A stretch of 58,558 nucleotides of DNA, filler included, from Dugesia japonica (Eukaryota), in the NCBI GenBank assembly GCA_001938525.1. It is 5 parts of 5 records of this genome, joined end to end, with 100 filler letters (N's around TTAATTAATTAA, not from the genome) between each part and the next. Parts side by side here need not be neighbours in the genome. Positions count along the whole stretch, not along the records: positions 9,631 to 24,814 come from MQRL01601952.1; positions 24,915 to 38,898 come from MQRL01572860.1; 3 more parts are not named here. The stretch is one strand, 5' to 3'. Below, piece by piece: positions 24,404-38,564 of the stretch; position 1 is the stretch's first letter; each line of letters starts with the position of its first letter. The notes beneath the pieces are model-generated. The model saw only the letters and a list, made by a program, of their open reading frames with translations. It searched no databases and was not told the origin of the DNA. The translations under genes and the position numbers were made by a program.

Positions 24404-24814
24404 AGTAGGGGGATAGTGGCGCACGGTCATCAAAATTTTTAAGCAGTTATCGAGGGACCCCCCCCTCCCCTCGGGGGGCTCGGAAACACATTCCGCTTGA
24501 GCTGCGTTTTTTTAACTATGATTTTTGTGTTGATTTTTTTTTCTAAGATTTTTGGGATCAAAAATTTTTGATCGGATCAAATTTTTTTTGATCGATTAGT
24601 TTTTTTTGATCCTGTTAGTTTGAATGTGTGTATTTTTAAATTTTAAAATTTGTGTGTGTTTGGGTTGTTAAGGTGATTTTTAAAAAGTAGGTCAAGTTGA
24701 GTTTTTGTGTGTGGTTGTGTGTGTGTGTGAAAGTGTGGGGAAATGAGAAGGAGGAGCTGGAGATCTTGGAAATAATTTTTTTGAGGTTTTTATGATTTGG
24801 TTGATGTTGGACAA
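24404..24814 (+). mobile_element. Polinton terminal inverted-repeat segment
   Basis: Starts AGTAGGGGGATAGTGGCGCAC; 24517-24814 is an inverted, diverged copy of about 21980-22251. Confidence 0.78.
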
Positions 24815-24958
24815 NNNNNNNNNNNNNNNNNNNNNNNNNNNNNNNNNNNNNNNNNNNNTTAATTAATTAANNNNNNNNNNNNNNNNNNNNNNNNNNNNNN
24901 NNNNNNNNNNNNNNTATAATATAATATAATAATAATAAATTAATTAATTAAAACGAAG

Positions 24959-27900
24959 GTTGAAGTTGCACCTTACAAAGAATCCAAAATAAAGGCTTTC
25001 GGACCTGGTTTATTGGGAGGAATAGTAAATAAACCTGCATTTTTTGAGGTGGAAACAAATGGGGAAACTGGTGCTTTAGGTAAACTTTATCAATTATAAA
25101 CTTCTCTTTAATGTTCGGTATAGGTTTTTCTATTAAAGGCCCAAGTGAAGCAAAAATAGATTGTATAGATAATGGAGATGGTTCAGCCAATGTTACTTAC
25201 TGGCCAACAGTTCCCGGAGAATACGCGGTACATATATTATGTGATGATGAAAATATTCCAAATTCTCCATATATGGCTCAAATACAACCAGATATGAAGC
25301 TTTTTGATCCATTAAAAGTATTTAATACAATTTATACTTTTTCAAAGAAATTTTGCATAGGTTAAAGCGTATGGTCCAGGTTTGAAATCAGGAATTTCAA
25401 CCAATAAGCCAGCTGATTTTATAATAAATGCTAAAAATGCTGGGTCTCCTTCTAATGTAAAAGCAGAGTGTTTTGATAATTCTGGTCAAAATGTTCCAGT
25501 ACAAATACGAGATAACAATGATGGCACATATTCATGTCGTTATACCCCAAAATCTCAAGGCAAGCACAATGTAATCGTTTCATATGGAGGAGTTAATATC
25601 CCCGAAAGTCCTTTTAAGGTTTGTACTTCATTATTTTTTCGTTAAAATTTTCTAAATATAGTGAATAGCTTATATCTTTCCCTTTTCCATTATAAAATCT
25701 CAGAATAAATGAAAAATAATTATAAAATCTTTTATGTGGTTCAGATACATCGATTTTCGCTTTTTAATAACAATTTATCGTTTTTATTTAGAACACACTT
25801 TTTTTTAAAGTAAATACTAAAAAATATAAACTTTAATCAATTTTTATAAAAACAATTAAAATATTCTAAATACTTTTATTGTATTTAAATTTTTAATTAG
25901 TTTTGATGTAATTAAATTTAAATTACTCATAAAATTTTTATTTATATAACCATTATTATTTATTTCAGGTAGATGTGATAGAAACAGGAAATTTTGAAAA
26001 TATTAAAGTTTTCGGTCCAGGGATTGAAAAAGCTAAAAGGGATAGTGAAACATATTTTATAGTGGATTGTATTCAAGCAGGATCAGGTTTATGAATTTGC
26101 ATTATATTATTATTATATTATATTATTATTATATTATTATATTNNNNNNNNNNNNNNNNNNNNNNNNNNNNNNNNNNNNNNNNNNNNNNNNNNNNNNNNN
26201 NNNNNNNNNNNNNNNNNNNNNNNNNNNNNNNNNNNNNNNNNNNNNNNNNNNNTTATATTATTATATTATTATATTATTATATTATTATATTATTATATTA
26301 TTATATTATGTATTGTATTAATTTTATTAATTTAGGCGATATCGGAATAAGTGTCCTCGATGAAAAAATGAAAGACGTTCCTGTTGTCACTGATGATAAT
26401 GGTGATGGTACATTTAAAATTAAATACACTCCTAAGACAGCTGGTCCTGTTTACACAATTCAAATATTTTTTTCAGATACTGAGATACCTAGAAGTCCAT
26501 ATAAAGTTCCTATTGAAAATGATGTGGATATTAGAAAATATAAAGTAGAAAAATTGAATACAAGTAATATATTTCCTTTAAATTTGTATTGTATTTTACA
26601 TTATAATAGTTGCACCTATTGGACAATTAAGTGAATTTGAAATCTTGACACCAAATAAAAATACTAAACTTCGACCAGAAGTAATTGTAAAAGGTCCAAA
26701 TCGAAAAGTACCAGTTAAAATGCAAGAAACTTCTGATGGTTATCTGGTTGGTTTTACTCCAACAGCTTTAGGGTCTCATATTGTATCAGTTGAAGTTAAC
26801 AACAATCCTATTGATAAAAGCCCTTATAAAGTAATAGCAACTGATAGCATCAATTCTCAAGAGTATACTGATCTTGAAACTCCACTAGCAATAAGTGCAG
26901 ATTATGCAATTGATAATATGTCCCAGAATAAAGTACAGGCACCTCTTCATAGTGCTAAATTTGCTCCAATAGAAAACAGTTTTGTTAAATCGTTTTCAAA
27001 TCCATCTCAACAGAAAAGTATTTTTGAACCAAATATTGTGAATGAAGAAATACTAAGACCTGTTCACAAACAAAGTGAAAGAGTAAATGATTTATTACTA
27101 TTTTACTTTCCGATCTATACATGTATTTAGACAGGAATAAGAAAGCCAAATGTTATAGCATATGGCGAAGGTTTATCGAAAGGCACAGCTAATATACCAG
27201 CATCATTTATTATTGATAGTACTGAAGAACCTCCAGCGCCATTAGGAGTAACAATCGAAGGTCCAATGGAAGCAAGAATTGATTATATTGATAATGGAGA
27301 TGGAACATGCAGTGTTAATTACTTGCCAAAAGAGCCCGGAGCATATGTTGTTAATGTGTTGTATAATGATGAGCATATAAAAGATAGTCCATTTAATGTT
27401 ACAGTATATCCAGATTCAAAAACATTTAATATGAGCGATGCGTCTAAAATAACAGCTTATGGGCCAGGCTTAAATCCAGCTGGTAAGAATTAAATTATAT
27501 AGATAAAATACCTTGAATTGAAATTTTACAATTTAAGGATATTATATGCTTTTGATTTATTCCTTAAAATGTAATTAATAATGGACCTGCTATTTATATG
27601 GTTTTCAAAATATTTAACATTTTTTTAAATGTTTAAATTGCTTACATCTTGTTTTTACTTATATACTTCAAATGAGGATTATTTCAAAAACAAAAAGCAT
27701 TACTGTTTACAGTGATTTAAGGTTGTTAATATGCAATAAATATGACAACTGCAAGTCTGCTCGAGAAATATCAGAAGAGCTAGAATTAAATTATTATACC
27801 ACAATTTCAATTATCAAAAAATATACAAAAACGGGAGTCGTTAATTCTGAAGAGGAAATGCGGAATAAAAAAATCATTAAACTCTATTGAGTTCAATATT

Positions 27901-30900
27901 GAAGANATTATTAAGTCTGATGTATCTGTCTTTTTAAAAGAAATCAAACAAAAGATTAAAGAAGCTTATAATAAGGAACCTTCTATTTCGACTAAACATA
28001 GATTAATACAATCTTTTGAATATAGTTTCGAAAGGCTACAATTAATACCAAATCGACGAAATTTAGCAAATAATAAATCAGTCAGAAGTAATTTTGCTAG
28101 AAATATGCTTGAAACAGAAACCAATAAGATGATATTTATTGATGAGATGGACGATAATTGAGCATGAGGAGAAGATATGAGTGAGGACGTTTTGGAGAAA
28201 ATCCAAAAAAAATGTTAAATTAAAAAATGTAAATTAATTTTGAAAAGTTCAATAATTTTCTAAGTTCTAAATTTTAGTTTTAGATTTTCAATATTAATAT
28301 AAGCAGAATAACTTTTCTTATTCAAATGTACGCCATACATCATATAAAATGTAATTGCGCTACACATTTCATTGATGATTCCATAATAAGAGAAATTGGA
28401 ATTTATAAATCTAAGGATTAAAAAATTAAATCTTTGGTTATTTTAAAAAGAAGCTGAAGATTTATTAAAACACATTAAATGAGGACATTAAAATAGCAAA
28501 ATTAATATAATTGAAAGTGATTCGTTGGAATATCAANAATCTNTTTTTAAATTTATTCATTGAAAACTAAAATCTCAGTTTTTAAGAAATCGAGAAAAAC
28601 TGAGCTTTATCCATCGTTAGATACATAGACTTTATTAAAAAAAATGTTATTTTTCGAAAGTTGTATATGTTCAATTTTAAAATAAAAATTTAATGTACCA
28701 AACAATTTTTTTAAAAAGGTCTTACATAAACAGAAAATTAAAATTCCATAATATTTGAATATGAAATCTATTAGTTAATAAATATGGTTTTAAATGTTTT
28801 AAATTTAATATTAAATTTTTTTATATAATTAGGTGTTTTTAAAGATTCATTTTCAAAATTCACTGTAAATGCAAAACCTGTTGATTCTGTTGGAAATGGA
28901 GTTGTTAAAGCTATAATTTCTAACCCTTTCAATCAACGATCCACGTGTACTATTGATAATAATCACGATGGAACATATTCATGTAGCTACTCACCAGCAA
29001 TTGAAGGTTTTTCAAGTATTTAAAAAGCAAATACTTGAAGCATATTTTAGGTCAACATAAAATTGATATAACTTACGATGGAATACCAATTGCACAAAGT
29101 CCATTTTCTGTACCAGTTTTTCAAGGAAGTGATCCATCCAGAATCAGAGCTTATGGTTCTGGACTCGAAGGAGGCATAACAAAAATACCTCAACATTTTA
29201 CCGTGGATCTAGAAGGAGCTGGTCAAGGTGGGCTAGGTTTATCAATTGAAGGTCCAGCTGATGCACAAATCCAATGTTTTGATAATAAAAATGGGACCTG
29301 TTCTGTTCAATACTTACCCCAGAAGGCTGGATCTTATGATATATCAATAAAATTTAATGAAAAACATATTCCAGGTAAATCAGTGTATTTTTAATTTAAA
29401 CTAAATAGCTATTAATAATTTAATTTTTTTCAAAAATACTTATCATTAAACATTGTTGGGCAAAATTATTTGAAATATTTATAAAACTTTAAAATTTGGA
29501 AAAATAAAATGAGTACCTGTTAACGAAATCGATGCTAATTATGTGTGAATTAAAGGAATATGATCCAGATAACCATTTACGAAATAAAATCTCAAGATTT
29601 TTAATAAGATTATAATCTTAAAACAACGTTCTCAACATGAAATGGCGGAAATAACTTGAATGCGAAAAGAAACAAGGTTGCTAAAAATAAAATAGAAAGG
29701 AAATTAATATCGAATGACAAGATAGATCGTTATTTGATATTAAAGAAATTAATTAAGGTTAATGTAAAGGTGAGTAAATTGTTAATTTGTTTTGAATATT
29801 TATTTCAGCTATAGTCAATTTGAAGTAAGTTTGATTTTATAATAAATAACATAATATTTAATGTATATAAACAAATAGATAACAATAAACCAAAACTTAA
29901 TTAACAATTCACATTTAATAAATTATACAATTTTGATTTTACAATCATGTGTCTTCTATAAAAGCAAGATCAAATTTTTCAAGATTTCGAGAACAATATA
30001 TAGACGCTGAATATAATGCAATTATAGTACTACAAATGAATGATAGTAACAAATTAATTTAATTAACTCTTACACTGTATTTTAATTTATTTTTATAGTA
30101 GCTTAAGTTAGTTAAGAAACACAAAGGATAAATTTTATAACCAAATTTACTTTTGATAAAATCCAAGTAGATAAATTTCATTCAGCTCCATAGAAAAGTC
30201 TATGTCAAATAATTAGTTATTTGGTAGACCTCGAAATTTTTGTAACTAGATTTATTTCTAAATCTGTTATTTTAGGCTTATGTACATTTTTTGAATACAT
30301 TCATAATAATTTAAAATTATTGTAATTTATTTTTAGTAATTAAAATTTATTTACAATTGCAATTATTTCGAGAATAATTGTTGGACACAACCATTGATCG
30401 TTTTATAGAATTGATTTAAAATAAAAGCTTCGATCAAAATTTGTTTTTTTTGGTTTTTGATAACAATTCAATCACAATTTGTTTTTAATAAATTAAATAT
30501 TTTAAAATTTCCATGGGTTATGCAGTAAATATTTTATAATTTTAAGGAATTTTGTATTAATGCAAAATCTTTCATTAATTATGTTTTAAAATTGTAATTT
30601 GAACAATGTTTATAATTATTTATTTAATTACCTATTTATTTATAAAATCGATTTATATTTAAAAGATAAATATTTTAAATTGATTTAAGATGAATAGAAA
30701 TGTTTTTAGTGTATTTTATTAATAAAATAAATAATTAAAAAAATAACCATTTTCCTGAATTGATAAAATTTTTATTATCAATTAAACTCAATCTAAAAGT
30801 TACGTTCTTTATAATATTTCACGAGGGTGCCTCGCGTTCAATTTTAAAAAATAGAAGATAACGTCACTTATTAGGAAATGATGTGATAGTAATTTAAAAT

Positions 30901-33900
30901 TATATGAATTGAACAAATTACAATTTCGAGTATTTTAGTACAATGACCCAGATCATTTAGTTATAAATATTTAACAATTCAAAACGTTCATATTAAATTA
31001 CTTCTTCAATATTAAATATTGATTTTAAAACCAATGATTTATTTAAGTTATTGTGAAGATTTTTGAAACAGTTCTAATTTTAGGTAGTCCATTTACTGTA
31101 CCTATTCGTGATCCAATCGATGTGAGCAAAGTTAAATGCTATGGACCAGGTTTAGAAAAAAATGGTTCCCGAATACACAAACCATCAGAATTCACCGTTG
31201 ATGGAACCAAAGCTGGAGATGCTCCTTTAGAAGTTAACATAGTTGATACTTCAATGAAAACGTCGAAGCCTGCACAAATAATTCCAAGATCGACTCCCGG
31301 ACTATATGATGTCACATATATTCCAGAAAATATCGGAAATTGTGAAATCGAAGTTTTATACAACAATACACCAGTTCCTGGTTCTCCGTTTATACAAAAT
31401 GTTTTAGATTTGTGCGAACCGGATAAAGTTATTGTAACAGGAGAAGGTGTAAGGCCTTGTCGCGGTCATTTAATTGCTAATAAAATTCCATCGTTGTTTA
31501 CTGTTAACACTAGAGATGCTGGAGAAAGTGATTTAGAGTTAATGGTTTTGGTAAATAAAATTATAAAAAATGTAACTTCTGTACCATTCTGTTCTTAAGG
31601 GACCAAACAATGAATCAGTTAATTTAGATGTTGAAAATCACGGAGATGGTACATTTACATGCCAATATAAGCACGAATTACCAGGAAATTATACAGTAAA
31701 AGTATTATATGGCGAAAAAAATGTGTCTGGTTCACCATTTATAGTACCTGTCTACTCTGAAGCAAAACCAGAACTATGTTTTATTGAAGGTAAATTTACA
31801 GGCTTTTTTTAGTTTCCTAGCTTAAAAAATATTTAGCAACTTAGGAATTTGTTTTAAATTTTTAAAAATAATTTATTTAAAATTTATAAAATTTTTAAAA
31901 TAATGAAAGTTAATTTTACATTATTTCTGTTTTATTAATTAATGAAGTGTTAAGTATATTTATAGTAAAACTTTTTGAGTTAAATAATTTACGATTTTGA
32001 TTTTAATTTAATTTAAAGATCTAAAGGTTGTTCAAAAATAATTTTCAAGTTAAATTTCTGTTATAAAATAATTTGTAAATATAATTTGCTATAGGTTCAA
32101 TTCCAAATGAAGTTCCTGTTGGTAAAGCTGTCGTAATTCCAGTTAATACACAAAATTCAGGAGATGGAATTTTATCAGCAAAGAATATAGGTCCAATGGG
32201 TAATATTATTCCATGTTCCATTGAAAATGAAAGGTACGGGCATTCTACGGTATCATATATTCCTCAAAAAATTGGATCATATGAATTGCAATTATTGTTT
32301 AATGATCAACCTATTCCGAATGGTTCAATTCGACAATATGTAAGTAAATCACTTCATAAAGTAAAATTCTTTTTGACGTTAAATTAAAAGCTAATAAAAA
32401 TTATTTAGAAAAATTTAAATAGAAATAGTATTATAATGAAATTATATAATCTTTCTAATATTATATGCAATGGAACCTCAGTTTTACACGCGCGTAATTC
32501 AAGTTTCTCGTATTTACGGGCATTCTTTTTCCATTTCTTCAAAACATTAAAAAATTTTATTATTACGTTCGGAATATTTGAAATTCAATTAAATTTAAAC
32601 ATTTAATTAAAATTGCAACGATTGACAATATTTGAAATGAATATTGATAATCATAAATATCTTATTGTTATTTATGGTTACGTGTAGTCATTATCAAGAT
32701 CACAGAGTGGAATTGGTGGAAGATTTTTGTTGTACCTAGTCAGAGGCAAACAAACATAATTTTTGTCATTGTTTATTTGACTCAAAAGTATCGATCGAAA
32801 ATATTTAGCAAAAAATTTAATATTTTTTGTNNNNNNNNNNNNNNAATTTATTTTGGAGAAAATTAAGTTAAAACATGTTAACTGTTCTTTTCATAGCAAA
32901 TTCGAATGTCAGTGAGAAATTGCTTTATTAGTGACTGGAAAAGCATAAAACTTTCAATTTTCAAAAATTTCAAGTCATTAATAACGAAATATGCTGCATA
33001 TAGAAAAGCTTAGATGACTGCAAATCTATTTGAAAAACACCTTATTAGCTTAACTCTTTGCCTGTCCATATAGTAAATTATTTTACATCATCATACGTCC
33101 ACGGTAATAATTTTGTTCAAATTACGTAAACCACATGTGATGCACAGAGCAATATTTAAATGTTCTGTGCATCACATATGGTTCACGTAATTTGAATAAA
33201 ATTATTATCGTGGACGTAAGGCGAAGTGTGCACCACATATGATGCGTAAGCGTATAAATTTAAACGTCTGTGCATCATGTGATGCACAGATCAGTCAAAG
33301 AGTCAAATTCCTTGATGAGAGCTTATCCGACAAACTTAATATTGATAGTTGTAAAATTAGCTTTCTCCTTCAAACTGTATTAGCCAACTGAAATCATAGA
33401 CAAAATCCTTGCTTTCAATTATATTAAACCAAATCATTAAAATTAGAACGAGGTGAAGATCCGAAAAGATTCAAGTATGCAATGTATTACACGGTTCTGG
33501 TTTAGTGTGAAATTAATGAATGAAAAATCAAAAAATGTTTTTGGAAAGTTAGAGTAGCAACATATTATGGAACACTACGCCATTAATAGCTGGGAACAAG
33601 TTTTTGACGAACCCTTGGAAAAGTGTGGATCTCTACTTAAATATATCTGAAGTTTTGAAAATCGATGAAATAGTAGGAAATCATATCTACGAATACGTTA
33701 TACAACTCTCTAAAGATTTAAACTCAGTTCATTCAATCCAAGCGAAGAAGATGCTATGAGGTATATTGAGGACTTTAAGTACTATTACATTAACATTGCA
33801 GACACGCAAGACGAAATCTTTAAATAAATTTGTAGTACAGAATCAGTTGAATGCATCAATCCAATTTATGTGAATTTCTTAATAAAAATTTAATTTTGTT

Positions 33901-34695
33901 GAAATCCCGATTTACATTTTCATCTAATTAAATTTATTCTTGTAAATTTTTTCCAAAATATAAAAATATGGTTTCATTGTAATAACATAAAATTTTATTA
34001 AATTTTATAACTTTTATATATCAATGTTATCGATGTAAATTTTAATTTCGTTTAAAAATCAAAAGACAATTTCAGGATTTTCAAAAATAAATTATTAAGC
34101 TTGTTTAAAAACGAGTAATATACCATCCGGTACGATTTATTATTCAAGTGAAAACCATTAATAGGTTAGACATCTCAAATTTCAATACACTAAATTTGTT
34201 GCCTTTGATTGTTTTAATTATATAATTAGTAATGATATTCTCACACGTTCTACCAGCTTATTTCCTTGTTAGTTTATGTGTTAGTTTATATCAGTGATTT
34301 TCAACCTGTTTTCCACGGAACCCCGGGTTCCTCAGTCTCTAGTTAAAAATTTTGGTTACAATTTTTTAATAAAAAATATCATTATTCTTTAACTAGTTTA
34401 TTTCACTCTCCACGTTTTCGTCTTTTAGCTTTAATTTAAAATTTTGAGCACATCAGTGTTTTTAATTGAAATTTTAAAGCCTAATTCGAAAAATCACAAT
34501 TTTTAAAATTTGTTGAAATTTTATGAAAAAAATTGGGATCACACAGAAACAAACATACACCACTGAGTTTTTAATATATAAATAATTGAACAATTGGGGT
34601 TTGAATATATTTATTGAAAATTTTAAAAGGTATAATAAAAAGTCACAATTTTTGAAATTTTATGAATAATATTGCGCACAAACAAATATACGCCA

Positions 34696-34736
<41 letters not shown>

Positions 34737-37700
34737 NNNNNNNNNNNNNNNNNNNNNNNNNNNNNNNNNNNNNNNNNNNNNNNNNNNNNNNNNNNNNNNN
34801 NNNNNNNNNNNNNNNNNNNNNNNNNNNNNNNNNNNNNNNNNNNNNNNNNNNNNNNNNNNNNNNNNNNNNNNNNNNNNNNNNNNNNNNNNNNNNNNNNNNN
34901 NAGGAACAAGTATTTTATTCTTATATTGTTCTTTTGAATGACATTTTATTAATTTAAGTTTACAAATATTTTTAAAACTGAAAATAAATCTATTGTTAGA
35001 ACCGAATTTAGTACAGTGGATTTTAAATTTCCCATTGGACCTGTTTTTGATTATGTCCGAGGTAAACCAAAATTTGAATATACATTATTTTTATCTGTTT
35101 TCAGCAATAGTTAATTGTCCAAGTACTAAGAAAGATATACCTAGATTGATCAATAATGGGGATGGAACAATTACTATACAATATCAACCATCTGAAAGTG
35201 GTTTACATGAACTTGAAGTTTTATACAATGGATCTCCAATTACAGGGAGTCCATTTAAATTTTATGTGGATAACACATTACCATCGGGACAAGTTACTGC
35301 GTATGGACCAGGTTTAAGTTTTGGGCGGCCAGACGTTCAAGCACATTTTACAATTGTAACTAAAGATGCTGGTGCTGGTGGCTTATCATTAGCAGTAGAA
35401 GGACCCTCAAAAGCGGAAATTCAATGCTTAGATAATAAGAATGGGACTTGTGATGTCAGTTATTTGCCACTGGCTCCTGGAGATTATCACATTAGTATTA
35501 AGTTTATGGATAAGCATATTGCAGGTTCACCTTTTACAGCAAAAATTTTTGGTAACATATATTATTTAATGTGACGACAATTTCTTATCATTGTAGGAGA
35601 ACCTAAGAAAAGATCCCAAATTTGTGTAGGAACAACTAGTGATGTACCGTTGAAAATATCAGAAACTGATATAACAAATTTAAATGCAATTGTAAATAGT
35701 CCATCAGGAAGAGAAGAATTCTGTACTTTAAAGCGTTTACAAAATGGATATTTAGGTATTTAATTAAAATATATTAACATTATATTTTGACTTTTCATTT
35801 AAACATATTTAAGGAATTTCTTTCACTCCTAAAGAAGTTGGTGAACATTTAGTAAATGTATTAAGAAATAATAAACACATTCCCAACAGTCCATTTAAAA
35901 TCTATGTTAGTGAGAATGAGATTGGAAATGCTTCTAGAGTTAAATTATATGGGGACGGTTTAAGTGATGGTATGGTAAACGAAACATGTCAATTTATTGT
36001 GGATACGAGAAATGCAGGTAAAAAAATAAAATAATTTTAGAATTTAATGTAAAATTATATATTTTGCAACTAAGGATATGGAGGTCTAAGTCTGTCTGTT
36101 GAAGGACCAAGCAAAGTTGAAATTGAGTGTCATGATAATCATGATGGAACTTGTCTTGTTACATACAAACCAACAGAACCCGGAACATATATAATTAATG
36201 TTAAATATGCAGATTCAAATGTTCCTGGAAGCCCATTTGCAGTTAACATTGGTGGATATCCTAGTTCAAAACTCACAGAAAGAATAATGAGACATCAAGA
36301 TGCCGCCGAAGTTTCCCAAATTGGAAATGTTTGTGAATTAAATCTTATAATACCAGGTTATTAATGGCAACTATTTTAAAATTCATTTTTGTATTTAGGG
36401 TATAATCAGAGAAACATTACTGCATCAGTAATAAGTCCTTCGGGAATAATTGAAATGTGTGAAATAATCGCCTTAAGTGAAAATCAATTTACAATAAGAT
36501 TTATGCCGAAAGAATTAGGAATTCACACTGTTTCAGTTAAAAGTGAAAATCGTCATTTGGCTGGTAAATAATCGATTTTATAAATATTTTCACGAAACCA
36601 TCCTTAGGTAGCCCCTATCAATTTACAGTTGGACCCTTGATTGATGGTGGACCTCACAAAGTCCAAATTATTGGCAACGGTATAGAACGAGGATTATGTA
36701 ATGATATGAATCAGTTTACTATCTATACAAGAGAAGCTGGTGCAGGAAGTTTGTCAATTGCAATTGAAGGACCTAGTAAAGCTGAAATTGATTTCCAGGT
36801 AGATGTAATAAATAACTAGATATAAAGTGCATAACTTTAAATTAAAGGATAACAAAGATGGTTCTTGTGGAGTAACTTATAGAGTAAATGAATCTGGAGA
36901 TTACACATGTAGCATAAAGTTCAATGAGCAACATGTCCCAGGATCACCTTTTATATTGCAAATTGATGAAAATCCATATTCATCATTTTCTAGACCTGCT
37001 AAAAATGAGAATATTATATTCAATGATAGTCGATTTATCAGTATTGCTGCTCTTCAAGATCAAGGGCTCAATGTAGTTTTAAATTTATGTATTTCAAATT
37101 ATATGAGTTATTACAGATAGGAAGTAAAGCAAATTTTGTTATTAATTACCATGGATTGAATGATGGATCAATAAATGCTTATGTTGTATCACCATCTAAT
37201 AAAGAACAAATAGCTTCAATATCCAAAATTGATAGTAATCAATATAGTATTCACTTTGTACCTGTAGAAAATGGAATTCATAATGTTCATGTATTGGTTA
37301 ATAATTCTTCAATACCAGGAAGTCCTTTTAGAGTCGTTGTTGGTGAGGTTAAAGTTTCTGGTGAGGGTATTCATCATGGATGTACGGGTAAAATCAATGA
37401 GTTTTTTGTGGATACCTCTAATGCTGGAAATGGAGCTCTCACTGTCACAATTGATGGACCCAGTAAAGTTCAACTAAATTGCCAAGAAAATGAAAACGGT
37501 TACAATTTCACATATATCCCAAATATTCCGGGAAATTATACGATTTCAATAAAATATGGAGGAAATAATCATATTATTGGGTCACCTTTTTATGTAATGT
37601 TTTTAAAATTTTGTTGTGTGCTTTATTTTTGTCATAGGTGTCGGTAAGTGGTAATTATTATCAGTCAAATGATGCCATAAAAGAAACTAATTCTCTTACA

Positions 37701-38073
37701 CAAACTGTTCATATGATAAGCAATTCAACAAACAAAGGTCCTTCTAAACCATTTAATGTTAAATGTGAAGGTGATGGGTTACGAAGAGCTGAAATTGGTA
37801 AAAGAAACGAATTTATTGTTGATGCTGGATTAGCAGGTATTTAAAAAGTTATTAATTTATATAAAAACTTTTCAATTAATATTAGGTGGTGATGTTCTTT
37901 ATGTTGGTGTTTCTGGTCCTGTTAGACCATGTGAAGAAGTTAATATCAAACATTTAGGAGATAATAGGTTTCAAATAAATTATTTTGTCCAGGAAAAAGG
38001 TCGTCATTTATTAATGGTTAGATGGGGAAATCATGATGTTCCTGGAAGTCCTTTTGAAATTTTTGTACCTTAA
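24959..38073 (+). CDS. FLN: Filamin (Ig-like rod repeats through the C-terminal dimerisation repeat); 5' partial, multi-exon
   Basis: About 19 filamin repeats (KVKAYGPGL...DNGDGT..Y.P...G.Y.I.V.Y....IPGSPF), ending [10 protein letters not shown]. Exons deduced from GT-AG and frame: 24959-25079, 25124-25317, 25361-25618, 25969-26086, 26336-26563, 26610-27082, 27131-27482, 28833-29006, 29051-29374, 31084-31550, 31600-31789, 32095-32339, (exon in N gap ending ~34909), 35000-35061, 35105-35551, 35597-35755, 35814-36017, 36075-36356, 36399-36563, 36608-36798, 36848-37072, 37117-37593, 37638-37836, 37886-38073. Confidence 0.96.
27672..28200 (+). pseudogene. IS630/Tc1-like transposase fragment in a filamin intron
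   Basis: HTH ([24 protein letters not shown]), winged-helix region ([10 protein letters not shown]) and first catalytic motif MIFIDE. Confidence 0.75.
32469..33850 (+). mobile_element. Probable decayed pogo/Tigger-like DNA transposon in a filamin intron
   Basis: TIR-like CAATGGAACCTCAGTTTTACACG; remnant [10 protein letters not shown] resembles a psq-HTH start; very degenerate. Confidence 0.35.
33054..33302. mobile_element. Palindromic MITE with TTAA-type target site
   Basis: TTAA|CTCTTTG...CAAAGAG|TCAA; internal ~58 bp-arm inverted repeat at 33094-33218. Confidence 0.65.
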
Positions 38074-38564
38074 TTAAAAAATTAACTAGAATTATTAGAA
38101 GCAAGCATGCTGTGCTTTAATTTTTATGAATTATGTATGATTTTATGATGAATTTTACAATTTCAAATAAAGTAAATTTACCTTAACACTTTCAATTTTA
38201 ATTTTTTGTTTTTTTATTTTATTCATTATTTTAATATTAAATATGATATAATGATAATAATTTATTATTTTTATATATTTGGTTAACATTGAGAATTTAT
38301 TTGTCTTTGAAAATTATGTAATTCGTTATTTCCGATGTTTTATATATTTTTATCAATCAATCCATTATTTTTACGTTTAAATGTGGAATACGGCGTTCAG
38401 ATTAATTTAAAGAGGATGGCTTATAATGAATAGCGCACATTGTTAATTATAATAATTTAACAATTGAATTTCCTTTCATTTAATTTTGATAAAATTGAAG
38501 AAGATACGATATTGTGATTACAAAAAAGATTATATTTTCTATTTTATTACAATGAAATCAGAAT

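Noticed and set aside
21980-24814. Inverted pair 21980-22251 / 24517-24814 as TIRs of one element
   Set aside because: The termini face each other across gypsy sequence, so they are ends of two separate insertions.
26067-26321. Tyr/Ile-rich ORFs (also 34662-34941)
   Set aside because: Translations of intronic (TAT)n microsatellites and N gaps.
34292-34335. CAGTGATTTTCAACCTG..CACGGAACCCC hAT-like end
   Set aside because: No matching opposite TIR or TSD found; too short to call.
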